Positions 38,221 through 52,710 of a DNA stretch of 64,000 nucleotides are shown here, piece by piece. The position numbers and the translations under genes were made by a program. The stretch lies in contig OX597816.1 in the NCBI GenBank assembly GCA_951406725.2, positions 167,028,001 through 167,092,000 on the forward strand, written 5' to 3'. The notes beneath the pieces are model-generated. The model had not been told where the DNA came from, did not search any database, and saw nothing but the letters and a program-made list of their open reading frames with translations. The first letter of the stretch is position 1; every line of letters begins with the position of its first letter. This DNA is from Octopus vulgaris (Eukaryota).

Positions 38221-38610
38221 TATGTATATGTGTATATATATATATATATATACATATGTATGTATATATATATATATGTATGTATACATGTGTATATATA
38301 TATATATGTATATATATATGTGTGTGTGTGTATATAGATACACGCACATACATATATAATCCATAGATACATATATGTGTATATATATATAAATATATAT
38401 GCACACACTCACACGTACATACACATATATATACTTTCGTATGCATGTACACACACACACAAGCACACATGCATATATATACACCGACACATGCTCATAT
38501 ATACTTACAAATACACATACATATATACCCACAAACGTACACATACACATACACCAACTTTCATACACACACACACGCATACATGCACACACACACACAC
38601 ACATACACAG
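36990..38610. repeat. Large compound (TA)/(CA) microsatellite field
   Basis: Direct reading; a short unique island lies at ~37590-37910. Confidence 0.95.
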
Positions 38611-39799
38611 ACTCCATGCCACAATGACAATCTCAATACACCCACGTTACATCATCAAGCAAACACCCTTATCTGAACATCTCGACAACCAGCCAACAAA
38701 ACACAAGATGAAAAATAACATACCTTCTGTGTACCCCATGGTTTTTGACCGTTTTGTTCTCTCAGATAGCGACAGGGGAATCTAGACATTTGAAAACCTC
38801 AGACCCTGATAAAATCACAAACACACACCTCAAACACCTACATCATCTTCAATCCCTGGACATTTCTGTTTCGAAAGCAGGAGCCATAGGATCAGTTTCT
38901 ATGATGTATAAATGGCCAAGATCACAACATGAACCAGATTCCCGTCCATTCGAAGTTATTCATTTATAGCTGAGTCAACTAGAGAAATCGAAAAGGAAGT
39001 ATTTTGCATCACCCGGGCCAGGAATTGAAACCACGATCTTGTAATCATGAGCACAAGACCTTAACCATTGAGCTACAAGCTTCCACACCTGAAGAAATCA
39101 TTATACTCACCAACATGTACCACTGCTCATTCTAACAATGTCAAACTCCCATGTTCCAAAAGATGGGCAAAAATTATACTATCTCCAGAGCCCAAGTGGT
39201 GTTGTTACCTTACCAAACCAATTTTTAGAAAGGCTAACACTCGACCTCACTAATCCCCGCATATTCCTCTCCTAATCATATTAAGCAGCCATGCTGGGGT
39301 ACCACCTTGAAGGGTTTTAATCCAGTGAATAACTACTTGTGCTTAAGACTGTTTTACAGTCTGACATTTATTCAATGATTTTCTTTTGCTGAACTGTTTG
39401 CTAAGCTGCAGGGATGTAAACAAACCAACACCGGTTGTCAAGTGGTTAGGGTGTCACACACGCACACACATGTATGCACATGCACACGTACACACATGTA
39501 TGCACATACACACATACGCACGTATGATGGGCTTCACACCAAATTCACCCATGTGGCAATGATTGGCGCGGGGCCATAGAAGAAGGCACTCATCCAAGGT
39601 ATTGCACAATAAGACTGAACCTGAAACCACGTGATTGCCAAGAAAGATTCTTAACTACACAGCCCTACCTGCACTTAAACTCACAATCCTAACACGGAAC
39701 ATATATGATGGTTTCAACAACTACAAACTCACTATCCACACTCATACAAGAAATACTCTGAATAAAAACCTAAAGAAACAACAAATAAATGCTAGTTTA

Positions 39800-40520
39800 C
39801 AAATGACTCCTCGGGCCAATGTTCTCAACAAATCTCTTCTCTGTTTTCTTTCCTCGATCCACGCTTGCTCCCCTTTGGTAGGCAACATTCTCTCTTCTCC
39901 AGCATAGACTAATTCCAACAGGGAGATGGATGAAGCTCTATTACAGTGGAGAGAGCTGGGTTTGTCAGTTCCGGTTACAGTAGAGGATAGACGGAAACAG
40001 AGAGTATGGGACAATCTGCATTCAGGTGTCACTTTGGACTCCCTCCTGGATCAATCTGATCAATTTTCAAGGTGTCACCTACTTTCAGCTAGTGCAAAAT
40101 TCTCAGGGGACTGTATTGATGCCCTGCCTGGGGCCAACATTGGATGTCTACTCAGTCTAAATGAACTCTGCATCTTCATTGCATTCAGAGTGGGAGCTGA
40201 TGTCTGTAGGGGACTGAGATGCTGCTGTGGTAGGCCCTTCAACCCCACAGGTCTTCATGGTCTGTCTTGCCACCTAAATGCTGGTCACTTCACTCATCAC
40301 ACCTGAGTTAAACTTTATCATTAAGCGAGCCCTGACTCTGATTAATATCCCTTCAATTCTGGAGCCGTCAGGGTTATCCCGAAGTGATGGAAAGAGACCA
40401 GATCATCTTACCCTCTGTCCCTGGGTTAGAGGTAGGTGCTTCATTTGGCACACCACAGTCTGCAACTCCTTTGCTCTCTCCCACATCCTGGATGCTGCAG
40501 TTAATGGGGGGGGGTCACAT
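39800..40520 (+). mobile_element. CRE-clade (restriction-like endonuclease) non-LTR retrotransposon C-terminal fragment
   Basis: Zinc knuckle C.CG...GLHGLSC, then ELNFIIKRAL...LEPSGLSRSDGKRPD.LTL.PW..G; frameshifted. Confidence 0.8.
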
Positions 40521-40679
40521 CCTTTCTCTAACACTCCTTAGAACGTACACACACACGGGCGCACACACATACATATGCACAAACGCATGCACTCACACTC
40601 GCGTGCATATGTAGACACTTGTACACATGCATATACATGCATGCACACACAAAGAAACACATACACACACACATTTCAT

Positions 40680-41030
40680 CATCATCATTGTTTAACGTCC
40701 ATTTTCCATAGTGGCATGGGTTGAACAGACTGACTGGGGTCTGGGAAGCCAGGAGGCTGCACCAGGCTCCAATCTTGATCTGGCAGTGTTTCTACAGCTG
40801 GATGCCCTTCCTAACACCAACCACTCCGAGAGTGTAGTGGATGGTTTTTACGTGCCACCGGTACAGGGGCCAGAGGGGGCTGGCATCGACCATGATCAGT
40901 TGGTGCTTTTTATGTGCCACCGGCATGGAAGCCAGTTAAGGCGACGCTGGCATTGGCCACGTTCGGATGGTGCTTTTTACGTGCCACCAGCATGGGGATC
41001 TCAACTACAATTTCCATTTTGATTTTGGTT
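40680..41030 (-). mobile_element. SINE-like family D
   Basis: Homology to 31575-32245 with fewer internal repeats. Confidence 0.8.
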
Positions 41031-41036
41031 TTGATA

Positions 41037-41070
<34 letters not shown>

Positions 41071-41214
41071 ATGTACTATATGTATATATTCGCGCACGCT
41101 TACATGCCTGCAGGCAACATATATATTACATATATGTATGTGTATGTATCTATGTATATATATATGTATGTGTGTATGTATATATATATACATATATATG
41201 TACATACATGGAGG

Positions 41215-41269
<55 letters not shown>

Positions 41270-43189
41270 CACACATATATATATATATATATATACACAT
41301 ATGTGTGTATGTGTGTATGTGTGTATGTATATATATATATATACATACATGTATAGACGAAAGCATACATATATGTGTATATGTGTGTGTGCATACATGT
41401 GTGTGTGTAATAGGGCTAAATTAAAGGTTTTCACGGCTGAAAGCAGTTTGTCTTACAAAACACAGCATGTGGAGGAATTAACGATACTTTACGAAACCAG
41501 CCTAATATGTTTGTCTAAACACCATCGCTTCCTTCCACCTAAACCCACAGGATGCATTCCGTTAGAGGAAGGAAGACCTGCTAGAAATAGCAGCAGACTT
41601 TCTTGGATTTTCTCTCAAATCAACTCAGACTGTCTTGGAAAATGTAAGGCACATTCACTCATGTAGTCCACGGTGTACTATGACTGAAAAATAAAAAGAG
41701 ATGGTCTTCTGAAATTGTAGGATACATTCCAGCAAAGAAGGAATAGCTGCTGGAAATAGCAGCAAATTCTCTCTCAAATCAATGCCGGCCGTCTGAAAGA
41801 ATGGAAGATGTATTAGCTAAAGTAGTCCAGGGTAGGCTATGTTTGAAAAACATAGATGAGTTGGTCGCAGTTGGAATATTTTTTCTTGTTAGGTTTACTC
41901 AATGATGGAAGACCTGGGGTTAAAAAACAGCATTACCAAATTATCCATATTTTAGCGATGACTCTTGATAAAAAAAAAAAGACGTATTTGGTTTCGTCTG
42001 AACTTGAACCCAAAATGCAGACTAACAAAGTACATCCATCCTCATGAGTCACTGATTCATTCTTCAATGATCTAGGATAACACAGGATGCTCATTGTGAA
42101 CAGTGTTACACTTATCACAAATTGATCTGTGATAATACGGGTTGGCGATCAATCAAAATTTCTGTTTGGACAGCAAAAGCACCCCCTTCCCCCAGTGACC
42201 ATTTACACTGCTCAGGACAACTTTTGGGGGTCTCAGAAAGAAATTTATTCCACCCCCCCACCATGTTCTATGATTTATCACTAATTCATTTATCGTGGTG
42301 CTTCTTGTTTCGTTTCTTTCTTAAGCAAACTTATAATAAATGAAGACACATAACATCCAGCAAGCTATGGTTTGAGCTGAGGCTATAGTAGAAGACACCT
42401 AGTGTACCTCACAGCGGAATTGAACCCGACACTACATTGTGTTGAAGCAAGCTTCTTAACCAGACACCCAAAACTCAAATCAGTGAAGGACTCTCAACAC
42501 CGACAGTACGTGAGGTTCATGGAAAAGAAAAAAAAAAAGAAAGAAAACCCTAGAGTTTTTAAGTAATTTTAATCAACTAGATCTAACACATGTATCTAGA
42601 AAATGTGAGGAGAGCCTTTTCCTGTTCCTTTCCGCTTATTTTTGTGAACAAGAGTTTTTAGCAGTGTTTATTAATTAAAAATAAATTTTGTATTAGACTG
42701 TCAAATGACAAGGATATGTGGGTGTGACTAGAATTTAGTTACTTATTAACCCTTTCGATATCAACCATCTGAGACCGTCTCTGACTCTATAACACAAACT
42801 TCCTGTCTGGCATGATCTAAATTTAAACCTGCCATCAAAAGGCAATGTATTTCAACAGAAATATTGTAACAAACAGTGGCTTGGGAACCAAAGAAATGTG
42901 TTGGGAGTGCAGATATGGGTTCAAAATTTTTTACAAACAAGGTGGACTTTTTTCAATTTTAATATCTGTTGTGGCAGACGCCCCCAGGCAAGAAGTGGGC
43001 TGGTCCACAACTAATAAATAGTGGAGTGACACAATCAGTAGTGTCAGTTGGTGAAGGTATGCCATTCAGACCAGACATGTAGAGATGACGAAATACATCG
43101 TCATCATGGGACATATCAATGGCAACGAGGGTTTGAACTATATCATCACTGGGAAATGTCAATATCAAAGCAAACACAGGTATGATAAT

Positions 43190-43492
43190 TGTTTGTTCCT
43201 TCTTGAGCCGCGCCTGGCTCATAAAGGTTGGTTTCCCGGTTTCCTTGGTGTATAGGTTCCCCACTTGGACGGGACGCCAGTCCATCACAGGTGAGCTGCT
43301 AGATGCAGGAGGAAAGAGTGAGAGAAAGTTGTGGCAAAAGAGTCAGCAGAAGTTTGCCATTACCTTCTGCCAGAGCCGCATGGAGTTTAGATGTTTTGCT
43401 CATAAACACACACATCGCTCGATCTGAGATTCGAACCCACAATCTCTCGACTGCAAGTCCGCTGCTCTAACCACTAGGCCATGTGCCTCCAT
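43190..43492 (-). mobile_element. SINE family C, tail type Y
   Basis: TSD ggtatgataat at 43179-43189 and 43493-43503. Confidence 0.9.
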
Positions 43493-43726
43493 GGTATGAT
43501 AATAGTTATTGTTATTTTTATATTTGTGAAAGGGCTCAAGTGGTCCAAAATACCTCCATCTCATTAGAAATATAGCTCTTGTCTTTTGCCAGCTGTCATA
43601 TCATGGATGGTAAATTGATTTCCAACATAGAAAAGCCTGGTGGGCGAGGGAAACAGTCTATTATATCAACTCCAGATGGATGGATGGCAAAGTTGAACTC
43701 TTTGAATTAAATTAAATTAATAAAGG

Positions 43727-44058
43727 AGGCAAAGTGGCTGAGTTCCTTTCGAGCATTGGTCTTCTTGGAAGCAATGACTGAGACATTTGGCATTATGTTG
43801 TGTTTGAGAAGACACATCAAGCTGAGCAAAATCGCACTTGTGGCAAATACTGGTGTCATGCAAATGGCACCTGTGCTGGTAGCACATAAAAACACCCATT
43901 ACACTCGTGGGGTGGTTGGCATTAGGAAGGGCATCCAGCTGTAGAAAACCATGCCAAATCAGACTGGAGTCAGGAGCAGCCTTCCAGCTTACCAGCTCCA
44001 GTCAAACCATCCAACCCATACCAGCATGGACAAGGGAAAAATAATAGTAATAATAATG

Positions 44059-44090
<32 letters not shown>

Positions 44091-44330
44091 CATCGTTTAG
44101 CATCCGCTTTCCATGCTGGCATGGGTTGGACGGTGCAACTGGTGTCTGGGAAGCCAGAAGGCTGCACCAGGCCCAGTCTGATCTGGCAATGTTTCTACGG
44201 CTGGATGCCGTTCCTAACGCCAACCACTCCATGAGTGTAGTGGGTGCTTTTTATGTGCCACCAGCAAGGAAGCCAGTTGGGGCGGCGCTGGCAACGGCCA
44301 CGTTCGGATGATTCTCTTATGTGCCACAGG
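43727..44330. mobile_element. Two family D copies tail-to-tail (+ 43727-44040, - 44090-44330) around (TAA)n
   Basis: Core aggaagggcatccagctgtagaaa and its reverse complement. Confidence 0.8.
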
Positions 44331-44374
44331 CACCTGATGAAGGCTGGAGGGTATATCAGCTGAAACGTTGTGTT
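44329..44374 (+). ncRNA. Minimal type I hammerhead ribozyme motif (canonical core) in a Penelope-like fragment extending to ~44460
   Basis: ggcac-CTGATGA-a-ggctg(gagggtatat)cagct-GAAACGTT-gtgtt. Confidence 0.75.
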
Positions 44375-45049
44375 AACAACAAACAAGATGAGGACAAATA
44401 CCCGTCAAATTTAAATAATGTAAGTAATGTACATAACTCCTCATCTCTTAAATATAGAAAAAAAAGGGATGATAAATAGTTTTATAAAAGCATTAAATAT
44501 GCAAGTCTTTATTCATCATCCAACATTAATCGAACATGATGAGGTAATTTAAAACGAAATTTCTTAGCGAATTTTCCTACCGTAAAAATGTTTAGGGTGA
44601 AAGTTTCTATGACAACCTCAAACAATTAGTGAAAGCAAGGTGAATGCTACCAAATCGGACTTGTTTACGATTGACAGCTATTGCATAAACCCTACTTCCT
44701 TGGTTCTCAAGTGTTGCTCTGTAGATTTATAGAAATATGATTTAAGATTTTAGACAGTCCATGGTAAGGGTTGAGCATCTTGAATAATGTGTTATACATA
44801 ATTTTGTTATACATAAGTATTCCTCACCATTGTCATCATCATCATTGCCATCATCATCATTGTTGTCATCAGTATTATTATTATCGTTGCCGTTGTCATC
44901 ATTATTATCATCATGAACGTCATCATTTTTTTAATGCCCACCTATTCATCCTTGCATGGATCAGATGGAATTTATTGAGGCAGATCTTTTGGGCCATTCT
45001 TGCAACATTCACCCACCTTTTAACAAAATTGCAGGGTGGCAGAATTTCT

Positions 45050-45600
45050 CTCTCCACCTTCACTTTCCTTCTCAACTGAAACTTGAAAAAGATGATGAGG
45101 ACTTGACCAAAGAGGAAAATATCTTTCTTCAGCCCTTTCAGTCTGGTCCACCACACAACCTCTTTTGCTAAGGCTATCAGGTAAAGAAAAACAGCCTACC
45201 TTTCCTGGCCAAAGGAAGGTGGCAGGGCTATCTTCATAATGGACTCATCTGATAGCTAGATTTGTCCCACATGTAACAGCAGGTGTTCGACATAAATTCC
45301 CAAGTCAGAAATACTTAGCACTTGATAAGGGCATGCAGAATGGTTTCATCACTCTGCACGTATCTCAGACAAGCCTGGCTGACTGCATTTCCCTACCTAT
45401 AGAGTTTATCCCGAACAGGCAGTGCCCCACGGTAGCACTGCTAGGCCAAGGATTTCTGGAAATTATCCATAGGCCCCAGCCTGAAAGTTCTCCGGAACAA
45501 ACCAGCCAACTCATTCTCATCAACATCCAGAGTCTCCCTGAGAATGTTGTCGCACTTACCCACCACTAACCCCCTATAGAATGCCTGAATAGAACTTCCA
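45050..45600 (-). mobile_element. Tx1/L1-clade LINE C-terminal (zf-RVT-like) fragment
   Basis: Minus strand ...CYRGALPVRDKLYR*GNAVSQACLRYVQSDETILHALIKC. Confidence 0.65.
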
Positions 45601-46323
45601 CTGACCACATCACCCAACTGGCAGAGATGTGTGAGTGCCTAATGACACTCTAGGTGCCAGACACCTTGCTTTGGTCTATGTTTGATCAAGGATTGCATCT
45701 CAGTAAAAGATGAGCTGTAGGAAATTGTATTTGACAAATGGCAACCACATCCACTCACCATCTAAGAAATGCTGGAGATGATGATGATGATGAAGACTCA
45801 TATGTCAAAGATAATTCATGAGCATTCAGTGTTTGCTGGATGACCTGCACAAATGATTTGTTTATAGTGATCAAATGAATGTGCCGTACATTAGCTCACT
45901 CCCTCCAACAAATTGACGTTACCTGAACAGGTGCACGGTGTACCATGTGTCAGGTGACAAAGTGATCTCAAAGCAACGTTAGAGTTTTGCTCAAGAACAC
46001 AACACACCAAATGGTCTAGGAATTGAAATCACAATCTCATGATCGTGAGTATAGCACCCTAACCACTAGGCCATGTGGCCTCACGATAATAATAATAATA
46101 ATAATAATAATTTTGGCATAAGACCAACAATTTTGAGTAAGGGGATGTGTTGATTACATCGACCCCAGTGTTCAAATGATACTTATTTTATCAGTCCCTA
46201 AAGGATGAAAAACAAAGTCGACTCTGGTGGAATTTGAACTCAACATAAAGACCAAAGAAATGCTACTAAACATTTCACCTTGTGTGTCTACGCAGCTCAC
46301 CACCTTAATAATAATAATAATAA

Positions 46324-46397
<74 letters not shown>

Positions 46398-47126
46398 GCT
46401 ACAACAACAGTAAAAGTGAAAACATCTTCCACTTGAGAAGTTTCAGCAGAGCTCCCTATATTTCTAACAGCATGTTCAGAAGGTTTAAATATCCGAACTT
46501 CCTGTCCCCTCACCATACCCCTTTATAACCCCATCCCATTAAATAGCTCTCAGATTTCATGCTTGTGAGAAATCATAACTGGAAGTATATAGTTTGAGAG
46601 AGAAAAAAAGTGGGGTAAGAAATGAGAGCCCACAAGAGAAGCAGAGATTTAATAAACAGTCGACCCAAGCCTCTTCTTAAATGGTTTTTCTCTTAATTTC
46701 CTATTATTTAATAGATTTTGAAACATAAGTCTATAATAATTTTTTGGTTCAGTTATTTTATTTTAGAGAGGACAAGAAAATCTATTTCTTATTCATTTAC
46801 TTTGTAGCTATAATAATTAAAATTAAGCTTTAGAACAGTGTTATGTTTCTTACTTTGTAAGATGGCCCGCAGGCAGAATCGTTAGCTTGTCAGGCGAAAT
46901 GCTTAGCAACATTTCATCCCTATTTATGTTATGAGTTCAAATTCTGCTGAAGTCAACTTTGCCTTCCATCCTGCCATGGTTGATGAAATAATTACCAATT
47001 AAGCTCAGGGGTCAATATTCAATATAATTGAATTAACCCTCTCCCAAAATAGTTCAAGCCTTGTGCCTGTAATAGAAAGTATTATTTCTTATGTTGTAGT
47101 TAATAAAAGAAATATAGCTTTGACAA

Positions 47127-49024
47127 TATGAGTGGTTGCTGAAAGTTCCTGGCTTTGGGTAAAAGAAAATACAGGAAGATCAGTTAATTATGATTTTATT
47201 CAACATATATCCCCACTAAGATTCACAAACTTATTGCAACAGTCCATTAGTTTTTATAAGCCTTGTAAAAGAACTCAGAAGGTTGGGTCTTCAGCCAGGC
47301 ATCTATTGTAGCAATCACTTCCGAATTGGAGTGAAATTTCATTCCCTTGAGATGTTTCTTCAGTTGTAGAAAGAGGTAAAAGCCGGAGGGAGCCAAGTCT
47401 GGAGAATTAGGTGGGTGAGCTACCAATTCAAAGCCAAAGTTGCATATTTTCTGTTTAGTTTCATATGTTGTGAGTGCTGGTGAGCTGTCCTGCAAATATA
47501 GAACACCATGGCTGAGCTTTCCACAAGGTTTCTGCTTCAAAGCTTTATGCTGTTCATCCAAAAGAAGCATAGTATTCTGCATTGATGGTGCGACCCTTTT
47601 ATGAGTATTCCGTATTTGTCCCAAAACACTTAAGTTAGAATCTTTCCAGCTGACTTTGGGGTCTGAAACTTCTTAGGATGCAGTGAACTACTGTGGTGCC
47701 ACTCCATTGATTGCTACTTGGTCTGGGGATCATAATGATGAAGCCAAGTTTCATCCAGGGTCACTAAACAAGCCATAAAATCAGCTTTTCCCTGCTGCAA
47801 ACCAGTCCAAAATTGCCTTTGATGTCACTCAAATGCACTTCTGATCTGTGTTCAGGCATTTCGGCACCCATTTTGCAAAAAGCTTTCTCATGTCCAGGAT
47901 ATTGTGAATTATGTGGCTAACTCCTTTGCAGGAAATCCTCAGAGTCTCAGACCTGAGCTGAAATCCTGTGGTCCTCAAGAATCATGATAAATTTTGTGTT
48001 AGTCAACATTCTTTACTCTTTTACTCTTTTACTTGTTTCAGTCATTTGACTGTGGCCATGCTGGAGCACCGCCTTTAGTCGAGCAAATCGACCCCAGGAC
48101 TTATTCTTTGTAAGCCTAGTACTTATTCTATCGGTCACTTTTGCCGAACCACTAAGTTATGCGGATGTAAACACACCAGCATCGGTTGTCAAGTGATGTT
48201 GGTGGGGGACAAACACAACCACATAAACACACACACACATACATATATAGATATCCATATACACAACGAGCTTTTTTCAGTTTCCGTCTACCAAATCCAC
48301 TCACAAGGCTTTGGTCGGCCCGAGGCTATAGTAGAAGACACTTGCCCAAGGTGCCACTGGGCAAGTATTGATTAAGTGTTGGCATTGTTCACTGTGGTCA
48401 CGGAAGTTGACCATCCTGACTGGGGTTCAACCATGATCTTGAAATGACCAGTCTGAAACCTTGACACCCAGATTTTCACTGTGGAGTAAGATGGGCAGCC
48501 ATCCTTCAAGACTTCCTTCATCTTGCCATAGATTTCTGCAGCTCCTTTGCCTTGCAAAAAGAGGAACTTCATGACTGCTCATACTTCAGTTTTACCAAAT
48601 CCACTGTAGGAGCTGCCATCATGCATTAAATCTGAAAAAAAGAGAAAGATATATTGTATACCATCATAATTTTTTGCAGGATTGGCTGTGTGGTAAGTAG
48701 CTTGCTTACCAACCACATGGTTCCGGGTTCAGTCCCACTGTGTGGCACCTTGGGCAAGTGTCTTTTACTATAGCCTTGGGCCGACCAAAGCCTTATGAGT
48801 GGATTTGGTAGACGGAAACTGAAAGAAGCCTGTTGTATATATGTATATATGTGTATGTGTGTGCATATGTTTGTGTGTCTGTATTTGTCCCCCCAACATC
48901 GCTTGACAACCGATGCTGGTGTGTCTGCGTCCCCGTAACTTATCTGTTCAGCAAAAGAGACCGATAGAATAAGTACCCTTTCATGATATCCTTAAAACCA
49001 TGTACTTTATGGTGCCCCCTCGTA
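47127..49024 (-). mobile_element. Degenerate mariner transposon with two SINE A insertions (48012-48357 minus; 48676-48976 plus)
   Basis: HPPNSPDLAPSGFYLFLQLKKHL (C-term); MKFLFLQGKGAAEIY...PSYSTVKIWVSRF (HTH); diverged TIR-like ends ta(t/c)gag.gg...aaagt.c.tgg. Confidence 0.85.
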
Positions 49025-49928
49025 ACATGTATGCATTTTGATCTGAGATGGGCCTCATCAGAGTTATGTCGAACAACAACATTTTTGAAAAACTAGTTTA
49101 TCAAATCAGTAAAATTACTGAAGAAGTGAATAAAACCACAAGAGCTAGGATGGGGAGTAAAAACTGTTGACCAACAATGACCACCATCCAAGAACAGGAC
49201 CAGTCTCTCACCTGCTGACAGGTTTCTAAAGAATTTCTGTAAATTTCGCTCAAGTAGATTACTGGCAATTATGGCTGAAGACACTCAAGGTGAGATTGAA
49301 CCTGAAACCATATGGTTTCAAAGTGAACCCTAATGACACAGCCATGCCTGCACCTATGGATGGGATTTCTAGCAAATTGATCAATCACATAGAGCTGTCC
49401 TCGTTGGCTCGACCTTATTGCGTGTTTCCCTGTTTGAGTTTAATTACACACACAGAGATAAATAAATGTTTAATGTTTGGAGAGAATATGAGCTTCCACA
49501 GGGTGTGTATGTGTGTGTGTGTACATGTACAGAGAGGGAGAGGGGGGAGAGGGAGGAAAAGAGAGAGAGAGAGTTTCAGACTGATAACTTGAACAACACC
49601 ATGTCTGGTTATCTTGTTCTAAATACTGAAAGAAGTTGCCACACCTGACGACCAGCCATAGTCACACGCGATAAGGAGGGAGAGAAAGAAAGACGGTAAG
49701 GAGGAAATAGAGAAAGTATATATTGTTAGAGTGTGGAGTGATGTTGGTGGCGTTCGCGGCAAGGCCAATAGCGAAGGTGTCAGCTTTCTCTGCTGAAGGA
49801 TGGTTTGTTTATAGAGAGAATTAGTCTGAAGTTAATGGTTCAAGATAAAAAATGCTATGTACTCTAATTTTAGAAATAATGAATTGTAACCACAGCAAAT
49901 TTCATTTCATGGCGAAATCAAATTTCGA

Positions 49929-50165
49929 AGGTGGCGAGCTTGCAGAAACGTTAGCACGCTGGGAGAAATGCTTTGCGGTATTTCGTCCGCTGATGCGTTC
50001 TGAGTTCAAATTCCGCCGAGGTCGACTTTGCCTTTCATCCTTTCGGGGTTGATAAATTAAGTACCAGTTACGCACTGGGGTCGATGTAATCGACTTAATC
50101 CCTTTGTCTGTCCTTGTTTGTTCCATCTGTGTTTAGCCCCCTGTGGGCAATAAAGAAATAAAAAG
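49929..50165 (+). mobile_element. SINE family B monomer
   Basis: Head, body and tail A. Confidence 0.9.
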
Positions 50166-51154
50166 AAATAAAATTTGATTTCATGGTGAAGGAACATGAA
50201 ATGAAATGAAATGAAAATGTGCCGGGCTCATGATCATAAAATCGTGTGTTCAATCCCTGGACCAGGTAGTGATTCTGTACCTCCATGTGTCTTTGCGCAA
50301 GACTTTTTCATGTTGCTCACATTACTCAGCTGAACTGAGGAATGGTCGAGTGTTGGTGCAGGCCTCTCTCCACTTCAGCCATCACACTGTGGCTATTCTA
50401 TTGGGTCAAAGGTGAGAGGGCTGAAGAAGTCTATGTCTGTTCCCAACAACATTGGTACCTGTGAAAGCACATGCTTATAAGTCATCCTTGATCCTGAGTG
50501 ATGGCTGAAATTAATTCTCCAAATTTGTTGTTATCTCCTCAATGGCCAATCTCTGCAAATTCCTGATCACCTATAAGCACCACTATCTTCTACTCATTCA
50601 ACTATATCCTATTCCATCCACTTCTATCATTCCATTTATATCTCTCATTCCGTCACATACTCTGATCACCATCCAGAGGAAGCACACTCTTTCTTGCTCT
50701 CCCTCTCATCTCTCTCTCTTCCCCTTTCCCCCATCTTTCAGTTATTGAACAAGCCATGCTTAGTCGGGACCTAAACATGATCTCTCTTCGTGGGAATCTC
50801 GCTGAGTTCAAAACAGATATTTCCAGAATGGTGCAAAAATGGATAATTATGAAAGAATTAGAATAACTTCACTGTTAGTAGCTTTTCAAAGTTTCTTTGC
50901 AATTAGTGTATGAGGCATCTTTATATAATAATAACCGATATAAATGCTGGTTGGTTGGTTGAATTCTCCAGTCATGCTTTATACCGTATACAGTAATCAC
51001 TCACTATATCATGGTTCACCTATTGCGCACTCAGTATACTGTGGATTTTTCTGGCTAATATATACTCTTTTTTTCTTTTACTTTTTTACATATACATATA
51101 CATATATATATATATATATATATAATACATATATACATATACAATATATATAGT

Positions 51155-51488
51155 GAAGGCGCGTGGAGTGGTTAGAAGCTTACGATCGTAAGGTTGTGAG
51201 CTCGAATCCCGGACCGGGCTGCGTGTTGTGTTCTTGAGCAAGACACTTTATTTCACGTTGCTCCAGTTCACTCAGCTGTAGAAATGAGTTGCGACGTCAC
51301 AGGTGCCAAGCTGTATCGGCCCTTGCCTTTCCCTTGGACAACATCGGTGACGTGGAGAGGGGAGGCCGGTATGCATGGGTGACTGCTGGTCTTCCATAAA
51401 ACAACCTTGCCCAGAATTGTGCCTCAGAGGGTAACTCTCTAGGTGCAAACCCATGGTCAGTGTCTGACCGAAGGGTGTCACCACCACC
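51155..51488 (+). mobile_element. CORE-type tRNA SINE
   Basis: tRNA head then ttgtgttcttgagcaagacactttatttcacgttgctccagttcactcagctgtagaaatg. Confidence 0.75.
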
Positions 51489-51527
<39 letters not shown>

Positions 51528-51539
51528 CATGTAAATATA

Positions 51540-51666
51540 CCGGGTGTCCACAAAGTCTTGGTGCATGGGGATTAACACATACTTTAAGAAATTATTATTT
51601 CTTATATTTAATTCTTTATGTTACGATTTTATTTACTCCATGTACCCAGACTTTGTGGACACCCTG
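51540..51666. mobile_element. Tc1/mariner MITE
   Basis: ~30-bp TIRs c(c/a)gggtgtccacaaagtct.ggt.catgg with TA duplication. Confidence 0.85.
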
Positions 51667-52219
51667 TATATTTACATACACACATATATAGTGTATAAGA
51701 GGGGTTATAGTTTTTGTTGTTACCTGGACAACAGCTGCCTTTAGTGAAGCTATAGTATTGTGAAGATGTTGATTAGTCTCCCTTCCAACAATGTCACTCC
51801 AATCGACCAAGGTTCATGATTTAAATCTGGCAAGTTTGGAGGCCTCAAGTTTGATGTTACATGATTGTAAAGATTAGCAGCTCTTCACTCTTGGTGGAAG
51901 AAATCAATGATCAAAGGCATTCCAACCATGACTATCCTTTCTCTTACACTACTGATCAACATGCTGGTTCCCCATGTACTTTTAACAGTTATTTTGTTAG
52001 CCCAGGTATTTCAAAGAAAGAACCCCCCACCCAACCACCAAGTATATGGGATGTGTAAGGGGTGTTTTTTTTAAGGGTCCCATAGTAAAAGCACATCATC
52101 CTTCAATGAACGCTGTAAGTCATTTCAAAAAGAGTACAAAACAAACAATAATAGCCATGACCCCTTAAAGAAGACTTTACCTCTTGACTGTCTCTTCCTT
52201 AAATAATAGAAACACTAGA

Positions 52220-52710
52220 GTGTTTGTGTGTGTGTGTTCATTTGTGTATATGTAGTTTTGAGTGTGTTGTATGTATGTATGTGTGTGTATATGTGTGTGT
52301 TATATGTCTGTTAGTGTCTATATGTTTGTAGTTCTTGTTGGTTGTGTGTGTGTGTGTATGAGTGCGTGTGTGTATGTGTGTGTGTATGAGTGTGTGTGTG
52401 TGTGTGTATCCATTTGTGTATATGTAGTTTTGTGAGTGTGTGTCATGTACGTATGTGTGTGTGTATATATGTATGTATTATGTGAATGTTAGTGTCTATG
52501 TATGTTTGTAGTTCTTTTCAGTTATGTGTGTATGTGTGTGTGTGTGTGTGTATGTAGATGTCTATGTGTCTGTTTGTTCAATGTAGTTTTGTGTGTATGT
52601 GTGCATATATGTATGTGTATGTATGTATAAATGTGTGTGTTATGTGTCTGTTAGTGTGTCTGTGTATATTTGTTTTTCTCGTTTGTTGTGTGTGTGTGTG
52701 TGTGTGCTTC
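52220..52710. repeat. TG-rich array with ~170-bp higher-order triplication
   Basis: Blocks atgtagttttg...tgttagtgt...tttgt recur three times. Confidence 0.75.

Noticed and set aside
36980-38785. Long ORFs up to 278 aa (YI/CV/HT repeats), and similar ones throughout the window
   Set aside because: Translations of dinucleotide and tetranucleotide microsatellites; no coding signal.
42959-43150. Minus-strand open frame DDIVQTLVAIDMSHDDDVFRHLY... after a possible acceptor
   Set aside because: No recognisable domain or partner exons; the ORF start lies in a SINE.
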